Shown: piece after piece, positions 39,075 to 47,841 of the stretch
How the letters are laid out: the number at the start of each line of letters is the position of its first letter
How positions within the stretch are numbered: the first letter of the stretch is position 1
The notes under the pieces: generated by a model
What the model was told of the DNA's origin: nothing
What the model saw: the letters and a program-made list of their open reading frames with translations, nothing else
Databases searched by the model: none
Source: an uncultured Actinomycetota bacterium
GTDB lineage: Bacteria > Actinomycetota > Humimicrobiia > Humimicrobiales > Humimicrobiaceae
Assembly (NCBI GenBank): GCA_964610385.1
Contig: CAZSXW010000001.1
Coordinates: 84,261 to 148,260, forward strand
Length of the DNA stretch: 64,000 bases
Reading direction: 5' to 3'
Translations under genes and position numbers: made by a program

Positions 39075-39917
39075 TCAGTTCAAACCTGCTACCGTCTTTT
39101 CAATTTGAGAAAACAACTTTATAATATCATCTGATGCTTCCGCCTTTGGATATGATATAAAAACCGGTTCTTTTTTTAAGGATATTGATTTTTGATAGTG
39201 AACTAGATATCTTATCTTCTGATCAAATACAGTTAATCTGCCGCCGTATTTCTCTTTGAGAATATTTATTATTTGCCTGGGCATCTTCTTTCTTTTTTCA
39301 AAAGCATTAATTACAATTCCGGCAATCTTTATCTTAACGTTATATTTCCTTTCCAGGTTTCTAATTATTTTGCTAAGGTAATTAATATCCAGCAGAGAGA
39401 ATAGTTCCGGCTTTATTACCACGATAACTTTATTGGCGTAAATTATTGATGTGGTTGAAAGAAGAGAAAAATTAGGCTGTGAGTCTATCACTATATAATC
39501 ATAATCATCTTTGCTTATATTTTCTTCAAATATATTTTTTACTATTATATTTCTGTATAGTGCTTTATAAATTTTTCTCTCGTTTAAAGCTTTTTTTAAC
39601 AGATAATCCGTCAGGCATTCCTCGATAAGTGAAATGTTGTTGGAAGAAGGCAGTAAATCGATATTATCAGTTATTCTTATAATATAATCCTTAAAATTTA
39701 TATCCTTCCCTTTAAGGTAGTCAATCATAAGATTATCAATATTAACCCTGCTGTCATGCGATACTTTATTAAAAGCCTGAACAAGATTAATCTGCGGGTC
39801 AAAATCAATAAAAAGAACCTTTTTATCCCTTTTTTCCGCTAAATACCAGCCATAGTTATAGCAAATAGTCGTTTTCCCGGTCCCGCCCTTGGTGTTAAAA
39901 AAGACAACTTTTTCCAT
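39075..39917 (-). CDS. ParA/Soj family ATPase (orphan, no parB)
   Basis: Deviant Walker A KGGTGKTT, IDFDPQ.NL, YIVIDSQP, conserved LPS motif. Confidence 0.88.
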   Translation of the reverse strand: MEKVVFFNTKGGTGKTTICYNYGWYLAEKRDKKVLFIDFDPQINLVQAFNKVSHDSRVNIDNLMIDYLKGKDINFKDYIIRITDNIDLLPSSNNISLIEECLTDYLLKKALNERKIYKALYRNIIVKNIFEENISKDDYDYIVIDSQPNFSLLSTTSIIYANKVIVVIKPELFSLLDINYLSKIIRNLERKYNVKIKIAGIVINAFEKRKKMPRQIINILKEKYGGRLTVFDQKIRYLVHYQKSISLKKEPVFISYPKAEASDDIIKLFSQIEKTVAGLN

Positions 39918-40183
39918 TCAACCCATTCCATTCCCAATCTTTATACTGAACTTAGATTTTTAAAATACTTTTAAAAGAATTGTTTTATTTAGATTTACAA
40001 TGATAAATATAATACTATAATTTTAGAGTTAACTATATTATAATAATATTCCTTTTTAAATAAAAGACTTAATATTAAAATCCTATTCCAATGATTATAG
40101 ATTACCTTTTCATAGGAAAAGTTATGGATTAACCATTAAGATTGCTGATTCTGTATATCTTCCTGATAGTTTGCAGATATTTA

Positions 40184-41635
40184 TCAGCCCTTCAAGACAC
40201 CAAGGGGCCTCAGTCTTATCGCCTTTTTAGATATCCCGGCATGGTGAGTTATATCTACTACTCTGCTCACATCTTTATAGGCCAGGGGAGCTTCTTCTGC
40301 GAGTCCGGACATACTCCCGGCCATTACTACTATTCCTTTCTTATTGAAAAGCTCCTTTTTAAGTTCACTTCCCTGTACTTTTTTCTTTGCTTTAGTCCTG
40401 CTCATAAGTCTTCCTGCACCATGGCAGGTAGAGCCGAAGCTTTCAGTCATCGCCCTCTCAGTACCCAGAAGGATAAAGGAATAGCGACCCATATCTCCCG
40501 GGATTATTACCGGCTGGCCGATATCCTTATATTTTTTACAGATTTCCTTATGCCCCGGCGGATAGGACCGGGTAGCACCTTTTCTGTGGACACAGACTTT
40601 CATCATACTGCCGTCAACATTGTGCTCTTCCATCTTGGCTATATTATGAGATACATCATAAATAACATTAAGACCCAATTTCTCTGAGGACTTGCCGAAA
40701 AATCTTTCAAAGGATTTTCTTACCCAGTGAGAGAGGCAGTGTCTGTTTGTCATTGCATAATTTACCGCACAGATCATAGCACTATAATACCTCTTCCCCT
40801 CGGGGGAAGACAGGGGCGTACAGGCCAGTTGCCGGTCTGCTAATTTTATTCCATACTTTAAAGCGGATTGCTGCATGACCTTTATATAATCACTGCATAT
40901 CTGATGACCAAGTCCCCTTGAACCGGAATGGATCATCACCGTTATCTGACCCTTCTCCAGACCAAACAGGTTTGCTGCTTCACTGTCATAGATCTCATCT
41001 ACAACCTGTATCTCCAAAAAATGATTTCCCGACCCCAGAGTCCCCACCTGGTTTATACCTCTTTCAATGGCACGGTTGCTTATAAAATCAGGGTTAGCTC
41101 CTTCCATACAGCCATTTTCTTCTATACAGTAATCATCTCCCTCCTGGCCGTATCCATTTCTAATAGCCCACGGGACACCTTCTTTTAGTAATTTCTTCAA
41201 CTGATCTCTGGACAAGCTTATCCTGCCCTTTCTTCCCAGACCTTTTGGTATGTTGAAGGACAGGATACCCATTATATCTTTAAGATGCTTCTCGATATCA
41301 CTGATATAAAGACCAGTCCTCATAATCCTTACCCCGCAGGATATATCAAAACCAACACCGCCGGGTGAAATGACTCCTTCTTCCTCATCAAAAGCAGCTA
41401 CTCCTCCAATAGGGAACCCATATCCATAGTGAATATCCGGCATAGCATACGAAGCCTTAAGTATGCCGGGGAGAGTAGAAACGTTTACTACCTGATCGAT
41501 AGTCTTTTCATTTACGGCATGGTCCAAAAGCTCCCTGTCAGCAAAGATTATTCCTGGGACCCTCATTCCATACCTGTCATCCTTTTCTACTTCCCATTTG
41601 TAATCATTTATTTTTTTAATATTGTAATCAGAAAT
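40184..41635 (-). CDS. rtcB: RNA-splicing/repair ligase RtcB; likely start at ATT 41635 (first ATG at 41566)
   Basis: MPDIHYGYGFPIGG, DISCG, GTLGSGNHFLE, HSGSRG, HNIAK, HRKGAT, CHGAGR; the frame stays open upstream through KKINDYKWEV to an RBS GAGGAG. Confidence 0.93.
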   Translation of the reverse strand: MSDYNIKKINDYKWEVEKDDRYGMRVPGIIFADRELLDHAVNEKTIDQVVNVSTLPGILKASYAMPDIHYGYGFPIGGVAAFDEEEGVISPGGVGFDISCGVRIMRTGLYISDIEKHLKDIMGILSFNIPKGLGRKGRISLSRDQLKKLLKEGVPWAIRNGYGQEGDDYCIEENGCMEGANPDFISNRAIERGINQVGTLGSGNHFLEIQVVDEIYDSEAANLFGLEKGQITVMIHSGSRGLGHQICSDYIKVMQQSALKYGIKLADRQLACTPLSSPEGKRYYSAMICAVNYAMTNRHCLSHWVRKSFERFFGKSSEKLGLNVIYDVSHNIAKMEEHNVDGSMMKVCVHRKGATRSYPPGHKEICKKYKDIGQPVIIPGDMGRYSFILLGTERAMTESFGSTCHGAGRLMSRTKAKKKVQGSELKKELFNKKGIVVMAGSMSGLAEEAPLAYKDVSRVVDITHHAGISKKAIRLRPLGVLKG

Positions 41636-41652
41636 AATAGACTCCTCTCTTC

Positions 41653-42144
41653 TCAGACATCAAATATGACCCTTCCTTTCCAATTGTAGTTTCTCCCGTC
41701 TTTTTTTACTTCCAGCATATGGTAGGTCGGTGCTTTAATGGCCGTTTTTATGATATGCATGTCGGGGTCTATTTTTTCACCGGACACTTCAGCTGACAGC
41801 TCTATACCGCCGTTCTTTTTGTGGATACTGCTTACCTCAAATCCTTCAAACAAGATATTATCAACTTCATGCCAGTAAAGCAGTTTTTCAAGCCACGATA
41901 TCAGGAGATCTTCAAAACTCCCACTTTTCACGCTGATCTTCACCTTTCTTTTTTCTAAAGGTCTGATTTTCCCCAAATCACTAATAATAGAAAACATCCC
42001 CTCGCCGGCATTCTCAAATAATTCCCCTATTGTATTTCCGTAGAATTCCAGTCCTATATCGGAAACGTGCTCGATATATTTATATTTTTTAATTACTCTC
42101 CCGGGTTTCATCTTAATTCGTAAAAATCTCACAATACACGCCAA
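41653..42144 (-). CDS. Archease (RtcB activator); exact start uncertain
   Basis: YIEHVSDIG, LFENAG, EDLLISWL, IKAPTYH, C-terminal VIFDV; immediately upstream of rtcB. Confidence 0.88.
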   Translation of the reverse strand: MACIVRFLRIKMKPGRVIKKYKYIEHVSDIGLEFYGNTIGELFENAGEGMFSIISDLGKIRPLEKRKVKISVKSGSFEDLLISWLEKLLYWHEVDNILFEGFEVSSIHKKNGGIELSAEVSGEKIDPDMHIIKTAIKAPTYHMLEVKKDGRNYNWKGRVIFDV

Positions 42145-42252
42145 TAATACTCCACCCCATTATACATTGACGGATCACTCTTCTTAAAGCCTGTAACCAG
42201 CATGTTATATTTTATCAGCAACTTAAAAAAAATTATAAACTAAAAAAATTAT

Positions 42253-43063
42253 CCTGTTCTATTTAAAGATCAGAATCAAATTAAATAAAGTACTATAAAA
42301 TTGTTTAATAAATCGATTTTTAGTGCTAAAATCTTTCGAAATAGAATAGACCTACGACACTTAATATAATTTGAGGAGGAATACAATATGTCACAATTCG
42401 GAAAACCTAAAGGTTTTTTAGGGAGATTGCTGGCAAAAGGTATGGCATGGGGTCATAGTGATTTTTATAAAAATACTGCCAAGACGCTTGACCTAAAATA
42501 TAATGACAAATATCTTGAAATAGGATTTGGTTCCGGAATGTTTATAAAAAGATATGCTTCACATGCCGCAAAAATAGCCGGGCTGGATTATTCAAAGGAT
42601 ATGGTAGAACTGGCAAGCAGTATCAATAAAGATCTTATCAAATCAGGAAAAGTTGAATTTAAGCAAGGAAATGTATTATCTATACCCTGGCAAAATAATG
42701 AATTTTCCGCAGTCGTCGTAATTGAAACTTCTTTCTTCTGGCCAGAGCCGGTAGCAGCACTCAAGGAAATATATAGGGTATTATCTCCGGGAGGCCGTCT
42801 GGTAATTGAAATGGCATATAATAAAGATGACGGGCTGGACCATACTAAGGACATTAAAAAAATAAATTTGACTCTATACAGCACTCCCGAAATGGAAAAA
42901 ATCTTAAAAGAATCAGGCTTTAGTAAAATAGTCATAGATTATTATAAAGCTTTATGGTTGCCGTTCAAAGGTTATATTGTCCCAAAAGGTATGATCGTCA
43001 AAGCTTTCAAATGAGCAGTAATTTGATTGAAAATAAATATTATTTTGATTAAAATAGAACAGG
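42253..43063. repeat. 12-bp inverted repeat pair (CCTGTTCTATTT at 42253-42264; AAATAGAACAGG at 43052-43063) flanking the methyltransferase gene
   Basis: Exact 12-mer reverse-complement match, extended imperfectly by A7-T(T)A on both sides. Confidence 0.55.
42388..43014 (+). CDS. Class I SAM-dependent methyltransferase
   Basis: LEIGFGSG, GLDYSKDM, GNVLSIPW, EIYRVLSPGGRL; RBS gaggagg. Confidence 0.88.
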   Translation: MSQFGKPKGFLGRLLAKGMAWGHSDFYKNTAKTLDLKYNDKYLEIGFGSGMFIKRYASHAAKIAGLDYSKDMVELASSINKDLIKSGKVEFKQGNVLSIPWQNNEFSAVVVIETSFFWPEPVAALKEIYRVLSPGGRLVIEMAYNKDDGLDHTKDIKKINLTLYSTPEMEKILKESGFSKIVIDYYKALWLPFKGYIVPKGMIVKAFK

Positions 43064-43217
43064 TTATTTTTTTAAATTTTTCCTATGTATAAATCTAGAC
43101 ATAACAAAAACAAAGGAAATTTAAATCCTACCAAAGTTTTAGAAATACTTCCCCACCCCGGAACCGACCTTCTAAATAATCAAATCACAGGCAAACCTAT
43201 ATTTCAAAGGAGCTTAT

Positions 43218-44108
43218 ATGAACAATAAAAAAACTACTGTTATACCAGTTATCAGCATCCAGGGTCAGAACTGCACCGGCTGTGTCACTTCAATCCTGTG
43301 CTCCGAATTTCCAGCAATCAAAAATGTACTGCTGCAGGATATAATACCAGGTTTCAAGCTTGATTTCGTATTCCATCCCAATATCATGACTGCAAGCGGA
43401 AACCGTGCCATGGAAATACTTGAAAACTCTTCAAAGGAAAAGGGCTATGTCTTGATCATTGACGGTGCTATCCCCACCAATGACAATGGAGTCCACTGCG
43501 TCACAGGTGAAAAGGACGGTAAAAAATATACCATACTGGAAGAGACTTTAAAACTGGCACCTGATGCACTTATGGTAATCGCTCTGGGGACATGCGCGGC
43601 ATTCGGCGGAATTGCAGCCGCAAACCCGAATCCGACAGGAGCACAAAGTGTGGGAGACATCTTACAAGCCAACAAGATCAAAACTCCACTTATAAACATC
43701 CCCGGCTGTCCTCCTCATCCGGACTGGCTTTTCGGCACTATAGAGGAAGTGCTGGTAAAAGGATTGGAAAATGTACAGCTGGATGATTTAAAAAGGCCAA
43801 AGACTTTTTACGGACAGCTGATCCACGAAAATTGCCCCAACAGAGCTTATTTCGATGAAGGTAAATTTGCCAAAAAATTAGGGGATGAAGGGTGCCTTTA
43901 TGAACTGGGATGCAAGGGGTCCATAACCTATGCCGACTGCCCCAAAAGACAATGGAACAGCAAAACCAACTGGGTCATCGGATGCGGAGCTCCATGCAGC
44001 GGCTGTACATCGCCCGAATACCCGGATCTTTTGGGAGATCTCTATGAAAAGATCATTGACGTAGAAGTCCCTGTTAATAAGAAAAAGACCGGGATCCAAA
44101 AAAAATAA
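43218..44108 (+). CDS. [NiFe]-hydrogenase small subunit without Tat leader
   Basis: CTGC, GTCAAFGG, GCPPHP (proximal); HENC...CLYELGCKG (distal); DC...PCSGC (medial); RBS aaggag; no RRxFxK. Confidence 0.92.
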   Translation: MNNKKTTVIPVISIQGQNCTGCVTSILCSEFPAIKNVLLQDIIPGFKLDFVFHPNIMTASGNRAMEILENSSKEKGYVLIIDGAIPTNDNGVHCVTGEKDGKKYTILEETLKLAPDALMVIALGTCAAFGGIAAANPNPTGAQSVGDILQANKIKTPLINIPGCPPHPDWLFGTIEEVLVKGLENVQLDDLKRPKTFYGQLIHENCPNRAYFDEGKFAKKLGDEGCLYELGCKGSITYADCPKRQWNSKTNWVIGCGAPCSGCTSPEYPDLLGDLYEKIIDVEVPVNKKKTGIQKK

Positions 44109-44129
44109 TTATTTTAGAAAGGTGAAATC

Positions 44130-45680
44130 GTGAAAAAAATCGTAATACACCCCATAACCAGAATTGAAGGCCATTTAAAAGTAGAAGCCGTGGTGGACAA
44201 TGGCGAAATAAAAGATGCCAGTATAAGCGGTACCATGTTCAGAGGTATAGAAATAATGTTAAAGGGCAGAGACCCCAGGGATGCGGTTATGATCACTCAG
44301 AGAATATGCGGTGTATGCCCGGAGCCTCATGCCATAGCATCAGTCAGTGCAGTAGAAGAATATGCGGGACTCAAAGACAAGATCCCCGTAAATGGGATTC
44401 TTTTAAGAAACCTGATCCTTGGTACCAGAAGTATTGCCGACCATATACTGCATTTCTATATTCTAAGCGGGCTGGATTATATAGACCCGGCACAGGTCAT
44501 GGAATATAACGGTGCAAATCAAGATTTAAACACTCTAAAATTTTTTCTCCAACAGGGATATTCAAAACCATTTCTCCCCAGAGATGAAATAGACTACAGA
44601 CTTGATACAAAAACCACAAATATTGTAGTAGGCCATTATATCAAAGCAATGGATGTCTATAGAAAAGCACAGCAGGCAGCCACTCTTTTCGGCGGAAAAT
44701 GGCCCCACGACGCTGCTGTCGTGTCCGGTGGCGTATCGCAGCGGCTTACAGCCGACAGGATTACTGAATTTATATGGAGACTGGAAGAGATAGCAGATTT
44801 TGTCAAAAATTATTATCTGCCTGATGTCATTGCAGTAGCTAAGGCTTACAATGATTATCTCGAGATAGGAAAAGGGTGCAGCAACCTGCTGGCATATGAT
44901 TCATACCAGACCAGTTCCAACGGCAAGTACAATGACTATCTTTTTAAAGGCGGTCTGATAAATAATATCGATAAATACAGTAAAATAAACATAGATAATA
45001 TAACTGAAGATATTACCCACAGCTGGTATCAGGAGTCCGAACCCCTATATCCGGGCGAAGGAAAGACCGAGCCGACAGCAGATAAAAAAAAGGCGTACTC
45101 ATGGGTAAAATCTCCAAGATATGGCAGCATGGTTTATGAAGTAGGGCCTCTGGCAAGCGTCCTTACCACTTATTTTGGAAAAAAAGATCCCCATATTAAA
45201 AATATGGTCGACAGTTCACTATCCGAAATAGGTACAGACGTTTCCAGTATGTACTCAGTAGCAGGAAGACATCTTGCCAGGGTACTTTCTGCGAATATAT
45301 TAGCGGACCAGCTGTCAGTATGGGCGCGTGAACTTAAAGTGGAAGAACCTACCACAGTAGAATATAATCCACCTTCTGATGGGAAAGGTATTGGGCTCTG
45401 TGCAGCACCGAGAGGAGCTCTGGGGCACTGGCTGAATGTAGAAGACGGCAGGATTTCAAACTACCAGGTGATTACTCCCACTGCATGGAATGCATCTCCA
45501 AAGGATAAAGACGGACAGCCCGGCCCCTATGAGCAGGCATTAATAGGTATCAAAGTAAAGGAAAGTCAAAGTCCTGTAGAAATTTTAAGAGTCATCAGAA
45601 GCTTTGACCCCTGTACCGCATGTGCGGTGCATCTTGTTACATCAAAGAAAGACTTAATAGGTAAATATAAAGTAGTCTGA
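44130..45680 (+). CDS. [NiFe]-hydrogenase large subunit (group 1-like, Cys not Sec)
   Basis: PITRIEGH, L1 QRICGVC, APRGALGHW, L2 DPCTACAVH plus a 15-aa cleavable tail. Confidence 0.95.
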   Translation: MKKIVIHPITRIEGHLKVEAVVDNGEIKDASISGTMFRGIEIMLKGRDPRDAVMITQRICGVCPEPHAIASVSAVEEYAGLKDKIPVNGILLRNLILGTRSIADHILHFYILSGLDYIDPAQVMEYNGANQDLNTLKFFLQQGYSKPFLPRDEIDYRLDTKTTNIVVGHYIKAMDVYRKAQQAATLFGGKWPHDAAVVSGGVSQRLTADRITEFIWRLEEIADFVKNYYLPDVIAVAKAYNDYLEIGKGCSNLLAYDSYQTSSNGKYNDYLFKGGLINNIDKYSKINIDNITEDITHSWYQESEPLYPGEGKTEPTADKKKAYSWVKSPRYGSMVYEVGPLASVLTTYFGKKDPHIKNMVDSSLSEIGTDVSSMYSVAGRHLARVLSANILADQLSVWARELKVEEPTTVEYNPPSDGKGIGLCAAPRGALGHWLNVEDGRISNYQVITPTAWNASPKDKDGQPGPYEQALIGIKVKESQSPVEILRVIRSFDPCTACAVHLVTSKKDLIGKYKVV

Positions 45681-45710
45681 AAATTTAAAAAAGCTTTTGC
45701 AGGAGGATTT

Positions 45711-46388
45711 ATGATATTAACTGAATTTAAACCGTTAGAGGAACTGATTGAGAAACTGGAAGGTGAGAAAAAGATATTCATCATGGGCTGCGGCGGCTGC
45801 CCCGAAGGTGCGGATACCGGCGGAAAAGAAGTGCTGGCAGATTTTAAAGAAAAACTTGAAAAAGAAGGAAAAACTGTCACCGGAGTAATGGAAATTGACT
45901 TTCTGTGTCAGAAAGCGCTGATACGATCCAGGATAAAACCAAGATCTTCCCAGCTAAATGATTCAGATTCTGTACTGGTGTTCTCATGCGGGATCGGAGT
46001 CCAGGCAGTATCAGCAGTCATAGACAAGACCTGTCACCCCGCCCTGAACACAACTACTTTCGGAGGCATAACCGGAATGTGGCAGGGTACCGAAAGATGC
46101 GACACTTGCAGCGACTGCATACTGGACTACACCGGCGGAATATGTCCTTACACAGCCTGTCCTAAAAAATTGTTGAACGGCGCCTGCGCTGGACAGAGTA
46201 ATGATAAATGCGAGACAGATCCGGAAAGAGAATGCGGATGGGTTCAGATCTACAACAGTTTGAAAAGAACAGGAAACCTGAACAGGTTACAAAAGTTTAT
46301 ACCTCCCAGAGATTATACAAAAAAATTGCCCCCATCAGCTTTAAGAAAAAGCAGACTATGGGCACTTGACGAGGAGGATGCGGTATGA
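45711..46388 (+). CDS. metV: Methylene-THF reductase Fe-S subunit (MetV-like)
   Basis: GCGGC, DFLC, SCGIGVQ and C-terminal RCDTCSDC...GGICPYTACPKKLLNGAC...KC...ECGW Cys cluster. Confidence 0.88.
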   Translation: MILTEFKPLEELIEKLEGEKKIFIMGCGGCPEGADTGGKEVLADFKEKLEKEGKTVTGVMEIDFLCQKALIRSRIKPRSSQLNDSDSVLVFSCGIGVQAVSAVIDKTCHPALNTTTFGGITGMWQGTERCDTCSDCILDYTGGICPYTACPKKLLNGACAGQSNDKCETDPERECGWVQIYNSLKRTGNLNRLQKFIPPRDYTKKLPPSALRKSRLWALDEEDAV

Positions 46389-47287
46389 CTACAGAAAAAA
46401 TAAAAGAATCAAAATTTGAGAAAACACTGAACAGCGGAAAATTTGCAGTCACCTGTGAAATAGGCCCTCCTAAAGGTGCAGAGATCGAAGAAATCGAAGA
46501 GGCAGCAGAATATTTAAGAGATGTTGCAGATGGGATAAATATAACAGACCTACAGAGTTCTGTAATGAGGCTGGGATCTCTTACCACCTGTTACTTTATA
46601 AAACAAATGGGTCTGGATCCTATATTTCAGATAACATGCAGAGACAGGAACAGGCTGGCACTGCAGTCCGATCTCTTAAGCGCCAGCGTATTAGGAATAA
46701 GAAATGTACTGGCTCTTACCGGCGACTACACCACTATCGGCGATCATCCACAAGCTGAACCCGTATTCGATCTTGACTCGGTTCAACTCCTATGGGCCAT
46801 TAAAAAATTGGAAGAAGGATTTGACCTTTCAGAAAAGGAACTCACCCAAAAACCTTCCTTTTTTAAGGGTGCGGTAGTAAATCCAGGTGCGGATACAGAA
46901 GCATCTTACGAACTTCAGATAATAAAAATGAAGAAGAAAATAGACCAGGGAGCACAGTTTTTCCAGACCCAGGCAATATATGATGCTGAGGTTTTTAAAA
47001 GGTTCATGGAAAGGATACGCAGTGAAAACATCGATATCCCAGTCCTGGCAGGAATAATTCTATTAAAATCCGAGAAAATGGCCAATTATATGAACAAATT
47101 CGTACCGGGTGTGTTTGTACCGGAATCAATAATAAAAAAGATGGAATCGACTGATGACAAGGTCTCTATGTGCATAGAAATCGCATCCGGACTCATAGAG
47201 GAAGTAAAGCCATATTGTGCCGGAGTTCATATTCAGGCTCTGGGGTGGGAAAAACATGTACCTGCGGTAGTCAAAGACATTAGATAA
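46385..47287 (+). CDS. metF: Methylenetetrahydrofolate reductase catalytic subunit
   Basis: VTCEIGPPKG, INITD, ITCRDRNR, LALTGD, FFQTQ; ATGA overlap with metV. Confidence 0.92.
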   Translation: MTTEKIKESKFEKTLNSGKFAVTCEIGPPKGAEIEEIEEAAEYLRDVADGINITDLQSSVMRLGSLTTCYFIKQMGLDPIFQITCRDRNRLALQSDLLSASVLGIRNVLALTGDYTTIGDHPQAEPVFDLDSVQLLWAIKKLEEGFDLSEKELTQKPSFFKGAVVNPGADTEASYELQIIKMKKKIDQGAQFFQTQAIYDAEVFKRFMERIRSENIDIPVLAGIILLKSEKMANYMNKFVPGVFVPESIIKKMESTDDKVSMCIEIASGLIEEVKPYCAGVHIQALGWEKHVPAVVKDIR

Positions 47288-47291
47288 CACA

Positions 47292-47840
47292 GTGAAAAAT
47301 CCAAAAAACATCAAAACTGTAATACTAGGTATCGGTAATATTCTGCTTGGAGATGAAGGTGTAGGAGTTCACACCGTTAAAGTACTCCAAAAAGAAAAGC
47401 TTCCTCCTGATGTGCTGGTAATAGACGGTTCAACTGCAGGATTCAGGTTGTTTCCAATATTTGATGAATATAAAAAAAGCAGATTCATAATAATCGATGC
47501 CCTTAGAATAGAAAAATCTTCAGAAGAGACTTCCCAAATTAAAAATAAAAAATCTTCTTCCCATGAAGGTATATTTGTCATACCCCTGGACGATTTTTAC
47601 CATACAGGCGGTTTTAATCATCCGGGTGAAGGTCTTATCTCATTTCATCAGACTTCACTGATTGACGTGCTGAATTTATATTATCTAGCATATAAGGTAA
47701 AAATCAGGGGATATTTGATCGGTATTGATATATCCGAAAGTATAGACGGCGGCCTACCATTTTCTATGAATCTATCCCGCAAAATAGAACAAAAGATTCC
47801 CACCATCATTGATCTAATTAAAAAACATATAAACCCGTAA
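47292..47840 (+). CDS. Hydrogenase maturation endopeptidase (HyaD/HybD family)
   Basis: LGIGNILLGDEGVG, IDG, IIIDA, SFHQ. Confidence 0.88.
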   Translation: MKNPKNIKTVILGIGNILLGDEGVGVHTVKVLQKEKLPPDVLVIDGSTAGFRLFPIFDEYKKSRFIIIDALRIEKSSEETSQIKNKKSSSHEGIFVIPLDDFYHTGGFNHPGEGLISFHQTSLIDVLNLYYLAYKVKIRGYLIGIDISESIDGGLPFSMNLSRKIEQKIPTIIDLIKKHINP

Positions 47841-47841
47841 A

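Noticed and set aside
39075-40183. Plasmid/prophage partition locus or replication origin around parA
   Set aside because: No parB, rep, parS palindrome, iterons or DnaA-box cluster seen; the flanks are chromosomal genes.
40142-40687. 181-aa plus-strand ORF and the many other 60-170 aa ORFs antisense to recognised genes
   Set aside because: They lie within well-supported genes, have no recognisable motifs, and are expected shadow ORFs.
43052-43066. Gram-positive LexA box at AGAACAGGTT
   Set aside because: Does not fit GAAC-N4-GTTC, and the second copy lacks the GTT half.
43183-43200. CACAGGCAAACC upstream of the hydrogenase, resembling the start of a c-di-GMP-I riboswitch
   Set aside because: The following GAAA tetraloop hairpin and GACGCAAAGC/P2 elements are missing; the RBS follows immediately.
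45590-45640. Possible [NiFeSe] hydrogenase
   Set aside because: The L2 motif is DPCTAC with TGT codons; there is no in-frame TGA.
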